This document shows positions 9,983 through 16,958 of a stretch of DNA of 60,252 bases, piece after piece. The DNA is taken from assembly GCA_964400885.1 (NCBI GenBank), contig CAYNWH010000007.1:1-60252 (forward strand), written 5' to 3'. A model generated the notes under the pieces. That model was not told the DNA's origin and made no database searches. It worked only from the letters and a program-made list of their open reading frames with translations. The stretch's first letter is position 1, and each line of letters starts with the position of its first letter. Both the position numbers and the translations under genes were made by a program. The stretch is from an uncultured Gammaproteobacteria bacterium. Lineage in GTDB: Bacteria > Patescibacteriota > Patescibacteriia > CAIXNZ01.

Positions 9983-10021
9983 ATACGAAATTACAAATCT
10001 TTTACAAATATACGAATTATT
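9983..10021 (+). repeat. 39-nt repeat, copy A (ATACGAAATTACAAATCTTTTACAAATATACGAATTATT)
   Basis: 31 of 39 positions identical to the reverse complement of 11628-11666 (hand alignment). Confidence 0.7.
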
Positions 10022-10069
10022 TCCGCCGAGCTGTTATGGTGAGCTTAGTCGAACTATCAGCGAGGCAGC
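10022..10069. repeat. GC-rich hairpin element with the conserved core ATGGTGAGCTTAGTCGAAC
   Basis: The 19-mer at 10036-10054 is identical to 20472-20490. Outer arms CCGCCGAGCTG / CAGCGAGGCAGC. Confidence 0.75.
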
Positions 10070-10082
10070 TTTAAAAAATTAT

Positions 10083-10361
10083 TTAAATTATTACAAATTG
10101 CCTAAATTCCCCTTCAAAGGGCAGCCATTTTACTTCTACTTTTGCCACTTGGGCAGTTTTGGAGCCTTCATAACACCAAGCAATGAATTTTTCCAAATCC
10201 TCTTTTTTGCCTTCAGCCAGACATTCTACTATGCCATCAGCAGTATTTTTAACCCAACCAGTTAAACCCAGCTCTTGAGCTTTATCTTGAGCTCTGGCAC
10301 GATAAAAAACGCCCTGGACACGGCCGTAAATTTTAAGTTCAGCTCGAGCATTTTCCTCCAT
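10083..10361 (-). CDS. acyP: acylphosphatase
   Basis: 92 aa with the YGRVQGVFYR and GWVKN signature motifs. Confidence 0.9.
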   Translation of the reverse strand: MEENARAELKIYGRVQGVFYRARAQDKAQELGLTGWVKNTADGIVECLAEGKKEDLEKFIAWCYEGSKTAQVAKVEVKWLPFEGEFRQFVII

Positions 10362-10445
10362 AAATTACTTAAATTAAATTACTTTAAATTTATCATTTTT
10401 AAGTCTAAAAATCAAGTTAATGCCGTATTTTCTTGTTTAAAATTA

Positions 10446-10480
10446 GCAAAAAAATCGGCCGGAGATTATCCAGCCGATTG
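10446..10480 (-). terminator. rho-independent terminator after dapB
   Basis: AATCGGC-loop-GCCGATT followed by T7 on the minus strand. Confidence 0.6.
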
Positions 10481-10485
10481 CATTT

Positions 10486-11238
10486 TTAAAATTCTTCAAG
10501 ATCCAGCACGTCTTTCATGGACCAAAGGCCAGGGGTCTCGTCATTAATCCATTTTACTGCTTTGAGCGCACCCAGGGCAAAGATCTTGCGGGAAAGTGCC
10601 CGATGTTTGATCTCGACCACTTCATCATGACCGAGAAAATAAATCGTGTGCTCTCCAGGCACTGTGCCTCCGCGAATGGCATGCACCACTACCTCGGTGA
10701 TGGGCCGCTTATCGCTTTTGCCTTTGGCCCGGCCGAAAACGATTTCCCCTCCTTTGGCTTCAACCAATGTCTGGGCGAAAAGAATAGCTGTGCCAGAAGG
10801 AGAATCTTTTTTCTTGTCATGATGGATTTCCACGATTTCCACTGCAAAACCTTCAAGTACTTCAGCAATTTTAGGCAGCAAAGCATCAATCAAGTTCACT
10901 CCCAGGCTCATGTTGGACGCCCAGACAATGGGCACATCGTCTGAAAGCTTTTCCAGTTCTTCTTGCTGGGCAGGGCTTAAGCCTGTTGTCCCAGTCACCA
11001 GAGGAACCCTATGTTGCGCGCACCAGCGCGCTGATTCCAGAGTAGCTTCGGGATTAGTGAAGTTGATTACCACATCGATTTCGGCACTATCTAATCCATT
11101 AATTGATTTTTTTTCATGAAGACCTTCATTAATTAAAGGATCTACTTCATAAGTTATATGGACTTCATCTTCTTGCTCGATAATTTCTGCAATTGTCCTG
11201 CCCATTTTGCCCAGGGCTCCGACCAGACATACTAACAT
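10486..11238 (-). CDS. dapB: 4-hydroxy-tetrahydrodipicolinate reductase
   Basis: GALGKMGR dinucleotide loop and EIVEIHHDKKKDSPSGTA DapB signature. GC-rich compared with the surrounding sequence. Confidence 0.9.
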   Translation of the reverse strand: MLVCLVGALGKMGRTIAEIIEQEDEVHITYEVDPLINEGLHEKKSINGLDSAEIDVVINFTNPEATLESARWCAQHRVPLVTGTTGLSPAQQEELEKLSDDVPIVWASNMSLGVNLIDALLPKIAEVLEGFAVEIVEIHHDKKKDSPSGTAILFAQTLVEAKGGEIVFGRAKGKSDKRPITEVVVHAIRGGTVPGEHTIYFLGHDEVVEIKHRALSRKIFALGALKAVKWINDETPGLWSMKDVLDLEEF

Positions 11239-11263
11239 TTTCGTTTCCTCCTCTTTCTCAAGA

Positions 11264-11560
11264 TTATTTTTGTTCTAACCTTGTCACTAAACCATTGGCT
11301 AGAGTGCAAAGCCAGGAATTCCAACGATCATCGCTGCTGCTTGTTGTTTGACCGATTAAAACATGATAAACATTGAAAAGTAATTCTGGCCTGATTTCAG
11401 CCGGAGAATTATTATAAAGATCAGTGATTTTACTGGTCACTTCAGCGGTGCTTATTTCGTCTCCCTGACGAGAAGTATAATTATCACGAACTATTCTTGA
11501 AAATTCCTTAATTAAATTTTTAAATTGCTTCACCAAATCAGTCGATTTCTCCTCTGTCAT
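11264..11560 (-). CDS. hypothetical protein (98 aa), part of the GC-rich island
   Basis: Clean ORF. AAAGGAGGCAGGC lies directly upstream of the ATG, with a TTGACA-17-TAAGTT promoter at 11597-11625. No family recognised. Confidence 0.5.
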   Translation of the reverse strand: MTEEKSTDLVKQFKNLIKEFSRIVRDNYTSRQGDEISTAEVTSKITDLYNNSPAEIRPELLFNVYHVLIGQTTSSSDDRWNSWLCTLANGLVTRLEQK

Positions 11561-11596
11561 GCCTGCCTCCTTTATTCATTTTTCAAAGATTAATTC

Positions 11597-11625
11597 AACT
11601 TAACAGAACCTTGTTAAATTGTCAA
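11597..11625 (-). promoter_or_regulatory. sigma70-type promoter TTGACA-17-TAAGTT
   Basis: Read on the minus strand, upstream of 11264-11560. Confidence 0.5.
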
Positions 11626-11627
11626 TT

Positions 11628-11666
11628 CAATATTTGTATATTAGTAGAAGATTTGTAGATTCGTAT
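11628..11666 (-). repeat. 39-nt repeat, copy B
   Basis: Minus strand reads ATACGAATCTACAAATCTTCTACTAATATACAAATATTG. Follows a terminator. Confidence 0.7.
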
Positions 11667-11671
11667 CAGAA

Positions 11672-11702
11672 ATAAAAAAGAACGAGGATTTCTCCTCGCT
11701 CT
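11672..11702 (-). terminator. rho-independent terminator after the OMP-like gene
   Basis: GAGCGAGGA-GAAA-TCCTCGTTC + T6 on the minus strand. Confidence 0.6.
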
Positions 11703-11718
11703 GAAAATGTTCAACTGA

Positions 11719-12324
11719 TCAGAAGTTGTAGATCAAAGTTGCTTTATACACGTTGGAGTCCATGGCTGATTCGCCATAAGGCTCAAACGCATAATAGTAG
11801 TTGAGTTTGAGGCTCAACTTGTCATTGAAGGGGATGTTGATTGCCGGTCCCACTTGGTAGGATCGCGAACCTTCATCTACTTTGTCCAAATAATGAAAAT
11901 TACGGGCATCGATTCCCACTCGCGTAAATCCCAAAGGATAACTTAACGAATGGTAAGAAAACAGCATGTTAAATCCGGCATAATAATAGACGCCGTTGGC
12001 GAAAACCCAGTCGCCGGATTTGAACACCGGATCAATACCCATAAACCAACCGCGGTTCTGCTCCGCATCTTCAAACCCGTAACCAACATAGCCGCTCAGG
12101 TTGAAACGCTCATTGAACTTATAGTTCAAGCCCAATGAAGTGTAAGGCGCATGACTGCTCATCAGGTTGATGAAACACATGTTGGCCTGCAGATTGACTC
12201 GCGCGCCCAGACTGCGGCTGGCATTGAGCGAAACGCCCATCTGCGGTTGGTCTTCAACAGCCAACGCTGCCGAGGCAGCGAAAAGGGCCACAATGGCCAC
12301 GATTGCGAACATGATCTTTTTCAT
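11719..12324 (-). CDS. small beta-barrel outer-membrane-protein-like protein (201 aa)
   Basis: Start moved to the internal ATG at 12324, which is preceded by GGGGAAAG. Signal peptide MKKIMFAIVAIVALFAASAALA, alternating aromatic/polar strands, and a C-terminal ...ATLIYNF (terminal Phe), typical of OMP barrels. Confidence 0.6.
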   Translation of the reverse strand: MKKIMFAIVAIVALFAASAALAVEDQPQMGVSLNASRSLGARVNLQANMCFINLMSSHAPYTSLGLNYKFNERFNLSGYVGYGFEDAEQNRGWFMGIDPVFKSGDWVFANGVYYYAGFNMLFSYHSLSYPLGFTRVGIDARNFHYLDKVDEGSRSYQVGPAINIPFNDKLSLKLNYYYAFEPYGESAMDSNVYKATLIYNF

Positions 12325-13726
12325 TGATCTTTCCCCTTTCACGGGGAAACTGGTGTTCCCCGCTTGTTTGGTTGAGTGGCTTTTCTTCGCAGAAAAACGC
12401 GCCGCCAAACAAGCGAGCAATGGGAACGTGATCAATGTCAAAGATTAACAAAGGCAATTTCAGCCTTAACTTTTCCATGAATCTAAAGATCTGGTCAAAG
12501 ACCGGCTGTAAATCCATGGGTTTGGGCAAAACTGCCTGCCAAGTTTGCTGGTGCTGGTCAGGTTGCGGCGGATCAGGCCCATCAAGCTGATGCTGTGAAA
12601 CTTGCTGCATTTGAACGATCTGGGTCTGACCGCAAAAATGATGATCAACTTTTTTGCTGCACTGCGCGGCAAAAACAATGGCTGGCTGCAAAACAATGCC
12701 TAAAACTAAAGACAAGTAAGCAGCAGCCAAAGATCTGCGTATGGCGTTCGGGTAGATTTCCAACTCAGAGATTGACTGAATCGCCTTCGCAAAGTTTTTA
12801 ACTGGCGCCTTGGCTCTAGCTCGCAGAATTACTTCTTCGCGAGCTGAAAGCTGATAGCCTATTGGCTTATAGCGCAAAAACTCTGCTTTCAAACTATTAA
12901 AGCGCAGCATCTCTGCCGTTGTTTCATAGAAGGGGTACTTCAGGCAAAAAAACGGCCAAAACGCCACTCGGTTGATAAATCTCCACGGACAGAGCAACAG
13001 CTCATCCCGCAAAGATAAATTACCAGGCAAATCCTCGTAAGCATCGTAAAAACGATCAGTATTATGGATATGCCTTTGCACCTTTACCTTGGCTGTTTTT
13101 CTTTCCTGAAAACGAATCAGGTAGATAAAGAACCAGAACCCCATGAACATCAGGTAAGTCCTGACCAGCCAGATAAAAATCGAGCAGTAAGGGATTTGAA
13201 TTTTCTCGGATGGCCGATAATATTCGCCTCGCCTCAGGCTAATTTTTTTCTGAATACTGGTTATGTAAGAGAGCTCTTCTTCAGTAGGCTCTTTTTTGCC
13301 ATTCAAAATGCCTTTTCGGTCTCGCAGGCGAACAAATTGTTCTAGCGGAGATAAGACTCCAGCTGAGGTTAAATGAAGATGGTACTCATCTTCTATAACC
13401 ATTAATTGGTCAAAGTCCTGGAAATAATCATAGACTGAATAGTCATCCCCCTTAGCCTCGGCTTGCTGAAGCAGCTTTTTTATTTCCACTTCAGCCGCTT
13501 TTCTTCTGGCAGTCCAATCTTCTAATTCGGCCTGTTTATAAGCAGGTGGCGGCCTATCCCAGTTGTCCAGCTTGGCATTGTGAGAATACTTAGCCGCACT
13601 ATTATTGCCAGCATCTTTAAGAAAAAGAAAAGCATCAAGTCCGCCAATGCAGACAAAGAGCAAGATGGCTAGGAAAATTTTTGGCACTAGGCCATATTTT
13701 TCCAGCCAAAGCGATCGCTTAAACAT
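12254..13726 (-). CDS. hypothetical membrane protein (490 aa); 3' end uncertain
   Basis: N-terminal TM segment plus internal TM segments (IFIWLVRTYLMFMGFWFFIYLI; LAAAYLSLVLGIVLQPAIVFAA). TTGACA-17-TATTAT promoter at 13799-13827. The last ~60 codons run through the structured leader and the first 71 nt of the next gene and look non-protein-like. Confidence 0.5.
   Translation of the reverse strand: MFKRSLWLEKYGLVPKIFLAILLFVCIGGLDAFLFLKDAGNNSAAKYSHNAKLDNWDRPPPAYKQAELEDWTARRKAAEVEIKKLLQQAEAKGDDYSVYDYFQDFDQLMVIEDEYHLHLTSAGVLSPLEQFVRLRDRKGILNGKKEPTEEELSYITSIQKKISLRRGEYYRPSEKIQIPYCSIFIWLVRTYLMFMGFWFFIYLIRFQERKTAKVKVQRHIHNTDRFYDAYEDLPGNLSLRDELLLCPWRFINRVAFWPFFCLKYPFYETTAEMLRFNSLKAEFLRYKPIGYQLSAREEVILRARAKAPVKNFAKAIQSISELEIYPNAIRRSLAAAYLSLVLGIVLQPAIVFAAQCSKKVDHHFCGQTQIVQMQQVSQHQLDGPDPPQPDQHQQTWQAVLPKPMDLQPVFDQIFRFMEKLRLKLPLLIFDIDHVPIARLFGGAFFCEEKPLNQTSGEHQFPRERGKINEKDHVRNRGHCGPFRCLGSVGC
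12325..12415 (-). promoter_or_regulatory. structured leader of the OMP-like gene: 11-bp stem plus a three-segment GGGGAA / TTTCCCC / GGGGAAA(SD) switch
   Basis: CGCTTGTTTGG (12361-71) pairs with CCAAACAAGCG (12405-15). On the minus strand GGGGAA (12361-56), TTTCCCC (12349-43) and GGGGAAA (12336-30) can pair in two alternative ways, and the last segment is the SD. Confidence 0.45.
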
Positions 13727-13798
13727 GGCCTGTACCTCCTTCCCTTTGGGTTGGTTGTTTGTTATTTTAAATTAAAATGTCAAAGTTCACGATATTAA

Positions 13799-13827
13799 AT
13801 AATAGCAAGAATTTCTAATTTTGTCAA
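13799..13827 (-). promoter_or_regulatory. sigma70-type promoter TTGACA-17-TATTAT
   Basis: Minus strand, upstream of 12254-13726. Confidence 0.5.
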
Positions 13828-13830
13828 TTT

Positions 13831-13855
13831 TAAAAGCCCCACAATGTGAGGCTTG
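13831..13855 (-). terminator. weak terminator after the MBL-fold gene
   Basis: AAGCCTC-ACATTGT-GGGGCTT + TT, with one mismatch. Confidence 0.35.
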
Positions 13856-13922
13856 TTTGAAAGTCGGGGGATTGATCACTAGTTTAGGGGGCTAGTTGCC
13901 ATCCAGCGTTAAGGTTGTTGGG

Positions 13923-14906
13923 TTAAACCTCGACCGTCTGGTAATCCTGGCAGGAAAAAATGGCGCCGGCCGACAAAGCAGGCTTCTCTTTGGGATTGCC
14001 CTTGAGAAATTCCTGCAAAGCAGCCTTGCCTTCCTCCAGAATCGCCTGGACCGCTGAGTCTGTGGAAAGAGGATCATGGTGTGTCAGACCCAGCTTTTTG
14101 ACTCCGGCCTCTAGGGCAACCCGCACACAGTTGGCAGCCGTACCGTGCCCAAACCCTGCAGTTTGGGTCACATACTTCTGCTCCGGATACTGGCTGTCCA
14201 TGGCCAAAAAGTCAGCGGCTCTGAGAAAAACCTTCATGGCATTCGGAGTCGCATAAAGGTTCTCGTTGTCCGTAAGGAAAACGAAAACCTTGCCAGTCGG
14301 ACCTTCCTCAAAGCGATACGAGATTGTCATCTCCGGATGAGAGCTCCGCATCATCTTAATGACCAGGCATTCGCTCTTCGGGTATTTTTCGCCTTGCCTG
14401 CCAATCGGCAGAGGCTTCCCATCGAAACGCTCGAACTGATCCAAAGTCATCTTCTTGATGCCGCCCTTCGGGTGGATGATGATGACCTGGGGGCTCGGGT
14501 GCTCGATGCGGTGGCAAGTGAAATGGCTGCCCACTTCACTGAAGTCCACCGGAAAGAACGGCCTGCGCATGGATGCCTCAAGCATCTCTTTCGGTCCGAC
14601 ACCATCGTCAACTGGCCCATAGCAAGCGATCGGAATCGTCTTGATAAAGGCAATTGGCGCCAGCGGCAGACCCTGCGTGTGGTCCCAATGGTAATGCGTA
14701 AAAAAGACGGCTACGGATTTGACTTGGTTTTTTAGCGCGTCCATGGCCAGCGGCACAATGCCACTGCCCGCATCCACCACCAGCCACATGCCCTGAGGCA
14801 GACAGTCGCTCTCGATCCGCAGACATGTTGTGTTTCCGCCTGTGGCCACACTCGCTTTGTTCGCGATAGGCACAGACCCCCTTGTTCCGTAAAAGGTTAC
14901 TTTCAT
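13923..14906 (-). CDS. MBL-fold metallo-hydrolase
   Basis: HYHWDHTQG (HxHxDH) zinc motif in a 327-aa beta-lactamase-fold layout. GC-rich. Confidence 0.8.
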   Translation of the reverse strand: MKVTFYGTRGSVPIANKASVATGGNTTCLRIESDCLPQGMWLVVDAGSGIVPLAMDALKNQVKSVAVFFTHYHWDHTQGLPLAPIAFIKTIPIACYGPVDDGVGPKEMLEASMRRPFFPVDFSEVGSHFTCHRIEHPSPQVIIIHPKGGIKKMTLDQFERFDGKPLPIGRQGEKYPKSECLVIKMMRSSHPEMTISYRFEEGPTGKVFVFLTDNENLYATPNAMKVFLRAADFLAMDSQYPEQKYVTQTAGFGHGTAANCVRVALEAGVKKLGLTHHDPLSTDSAVQAILEEGKAALQEFLKGNPKEKPALSAGAIFSCQDYQTVEV

Positions 14907-14976
14907 GAGAATCTCCTTTCTCGTCTCACGGATGGTCTAGCTTAGCCCAATTTAAATGATCAATCCCCCCAGTCCA

Positions 14977-15005
14977 GTTATACACTTAAAAATCAATTTT
15001 GTCAA
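14977..15005 (-). promoter_or_regulatory. sigma70-type promoter TTGACA-17-TATAAC
   Basis: Minus strand, upstream of the MBL-fold gene. Immediately follows a terminator hairpin. Confidence 0.5.
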
Positions 15006-15032
15006 TAAAAAAATACCTCCTTAAAGGTATTC
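15006..15032 (-). terminator. terminator AATACCT-TTAAGG-AGGTATT + T7
   Basis: Minus strand. Marks the right edge of the GC-rich island. Confidence 0.5.
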
Positions 15033-15040
15033 AAATCACA

Positions 15041-15077
15041 AATGACTAATGACAAATGACTAATGACCAATTACTAA
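15041..15077. repeat. heptamer word array
   Basis: ACAAATG ACTAATG ACAAATG ACTAATG ACCAATT ACTAA. Confidence 0.85.
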
Positions 15078-15112
15078 CCTTCGTTGGCCGAAGCCAACTT
15101 CGGTTGGCGAAG
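15078..15112. repeat. GC-rich palindromic element CCTTCG-TTGGCCGAAGCCAACTTCGGTTGG-CGAAGG
   Basis: GTTGGC / GCCAAC / GTTGGC arms allow alternative hairpins. Confidence 0.7.
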
Positions 15113-15133
15113 GCCAATGACTAATAACTAATA

Positions 15134-15430
15134 CTATTTTTTCTTTTTCCCAGTTTTCTTTTCCACTTTCCTGGTTTTAATAAAGTCAGCTACATTAACA
15201 GCTGTCTCTACTAATAATTTCATATAGCTAGAAGTATGCTCTAATTTTTCTTTTAAAATAATAATTAAACCTTCCACTAAATCAATGGTTTTTCTAAAAT
15301 CAGCAATTATTTTTCTAAACTCTTTCAAAATCATGGCTAAATAATAGATTGCCCAGGCCATGAAAATTGCCAGCCATAAAATTGCAAAGGCTAAAACAAT
15401 ATTGATAATATCTTTACTTGATACAAACAT
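15134..15430 (-). CDS. small membrane protein (98 aa), unknown function
   Basis: One N-terminal TM segment (IINIVLAFAILWLAIFMAWAIYYLAMIL) and a lysine-rich tail. Confidence 0.5.
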   Translation of the reverse strand: MFVSSKDIINIVLAFAILWLAIFMAWAIYYLAMILKEFRKIIADFRKTIDLVEGLIIILKEKLEHTSSYMKLLVETAVNVADFIKTRKVEKKTGKKKK

Positions 15431-15473
15431 ATAACCAATGACTAATTACTAATAACTAATTACTTAATTAATT
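15431..15473. repeat. heptamer word array
   Basis: ATAACCAATGACTAATTACTAATAACTAATTACTTAATTAATT. Confidence 0.75.
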
Positions 15474-15482
15474 ATACCACAA

Positions 15483-16868
15483 TTACTTCTTCCTGACCAA
15501 ATTGCGAATAGCAAAAATTAAAATTATTGCTAAAACAAGTAAAAGACCAATCATATAATAAATTGGACTGATCTCTTCTTTAGTTTTTGGTTCCTGCGTC
15601 CCAGCTAGCTGATAATGGACGATTCTTGTTTCTTTAGCTATCGGGCCATAATTACTTTCAGCTTCAGCCTCAATTAAATTTGTGCCTTCGGCTAATTCCA
15701 AAGGAAAAGAAAATTCGCCAGTTTTTGAATCAATTTGCGGATGCAAATCGTCTAAAGTTTTACCATTTAAACTTATTTTTATAACCGCTTTCGGATCTGA
15801 AATGCGGCCGGAAAAACTTACAACGTTATTGGCTTGAGTAATCTCCTGATTATCAGCAATATAAAGCTCCAAATGCGGCACGACCCTGTAACTGCCGGCC
15901 TCATTAATTGTAAAGGAAATCTGGGGTTTATCATCTACTATTGCTGATTGAAAATTTTCTATTTCTTCGGGCTTTAAAATAAACTGGTCATCTTTTAAAA
16001 TATCCGGATTCCAGACATAAGGCAGATCATAATAAGTGACTTCTAAAGGCGTTTTGAAAAAATTCAAGAATTCATAATCAATCCAAAAATATAAATAATC
16101 AAAAGTCGTGTAATCTGCCAAATTAGCAATATAATTCACTGCTTCTTCACTGGAGAGATCAATCGGTTCCCTAAAAACAACTTTAACTTTATCCAGCAGA
16201 TCTAAAATAAAATTATCTACTTTGGTAGCGTCAGTAATTTCATTTAATTTAGTGGTCTGAGAACCAGCCTGATAAAATAACTCATTAATCAAAACTTGCT
16301 GAATTGTTTTTTGCCCGTCCCCTGTCACAGATTCAGGTATTAATTCGTCTTGATTGGCTTGATTATCATTGGCAACTAACTGGACAAAATAATTGCTAGT
16401 ATTAAAAGCCAAATCCATTTGCGGATAGAGCGAACTATATAAACTTATAAAATTTATGCCTGTCTGGCCTATTACTGCTGGATTTTTAACATTAGTTAAG
16501 GTAATAGTAATTTTCTGTCCTTGAGAAACATTAATGGGTTTAGGCCAATAATACCTGATGTCATCGCAATTAGAAACGCAATTGGGATTAGTTTTGCCAA
16601 TAATCGCTGTGCCAGACGGCAAGCCAGCAATGCTTAATTTTGCCTGGCTTAAATCAGGGCTATAACCGCCTAAAGAAATTAATATATGGCCAAGAGCAGA
16701 ATCCTGCGGCAGAGAAAAACTGATTGTCCAGGTGGCAAAGCTAGAGACAGTCTTTGGCTGGACCTGGAAAGAAAAATCACTCAAACCGCTCACTGCCTGG
16801 CTTTGGCTGGGCAAAACTAAAAATGCACCTAGGCTTAAAATTAATATTATTTGTAAAAACTTTTTCAT
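15483..16868 (-). CDS. secreted protein with C-terminal membrane anchor (461 aa), unknown function
   Basis: Signal peptide (LPSQSQA), a long beta-rich body, and a C-terminal TM segment followed by RNLVRKK. Confidence 0.6.
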   Translation of the reverse strand: MKKFLQIILILSLGAFLVLPSQSQAVSGLSDFSFQVQPKTVSSFATWTISFSLPQDSALGHILISLGGYSPDLSQAKLSIAGLPSGTAIIGKTNPNCVSNCDDIRYYWPKPINVSQGQKITITLTNVKNPAVIGQTGINFISLYSSLYPQMDLAFNTSNYFVQLVANDNQANQDELIPESVTGDGQKTIQQVLINELFYQAGSQTTKLNEITDATKVDNFILDLLDKVKVVFREPIDLSSEEAVNYIANLADYTTFDYLYFWIDYEFLNFFKTPLEVTYYDLPYVWNPDILKDDQFILKPEEIENFQSAIVDDKPQISFTINEAGSYRVVPHLELYIADNQEITQANNVVSFSGRISDPKAVIKISLNGKTLDDLHPQIDSKTGEFSFPLELAEGTNLIEAEAESNYGPIAKETRIVHYQLAGTQEPKTKEEISPIYYMIGLLLVLAIILIFAIRNLVRKK

Positions 16869-16891
16869 ATACTAGCTTTAGTAATTTATTC

Positions 16892-16905
16892 TATATATAT
16901 ATATA
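16892..16905. repeat. (TA)7 dinucleotide tract in the promoter region of the 461-aa surface protein gene
   Basis: TATATATATATATA read directly. Flanked on the minus strand by two TTGGAA hexamers. Confidence 0.8.
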
Positions 16906-16918
16906 ATTCCAAATTTTT

Positions 16919-16958
16919 CCAATCACTAATGCCTAATTACTAATTCCCAATAGCTAAA
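16919..16958. repeat. heptamer word array
   Basis: CCAATC ACTAATG CCTAATT ACTAATT CCCAATA GCTAAAC. Confidence 0.8.

Noticed and set aside
11719-12441. The long forms of several ORF-track calls: 11719-12441, 19700-20512, 28522-29373 and 35968-36459.
   Set aside because: The N-terminal extensions run through structured leaders, palindromic repeats or the preceding gene. Internal ATGs with an SD, a signal peptide or family-typical N-termini were preferred (12324, 20458, 28600, 36022).
10275-14826. Fourteen overlapping ORFs on both strands in the GC-rich island (for example 10603-10944, 12167-12448, 13960-14256, 14145-14735 and 14608-14826).
   Set aside because: Higher GC content removes stop codons in non-coding frames. 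Each one overlaps a gene with clear motifs (dapB, the OMP-like gene, the MBL-fold gene) and reads as Arg/Ala/Pro/Ser-rich nonsense.
10440-15005. Typing the GC-rich island as a defined mobile element (genomic island with integrase, transposon or prophage).
   Set aside because: No integrase, transposase or phage genes, no tRNA at the borders and no direct repeats at the edges. Only composition, content and small inverted repeats support a foreign origin, so it is reported as a finding and not as a mobile_element feature. Misassembly cannot be excluded without read data.
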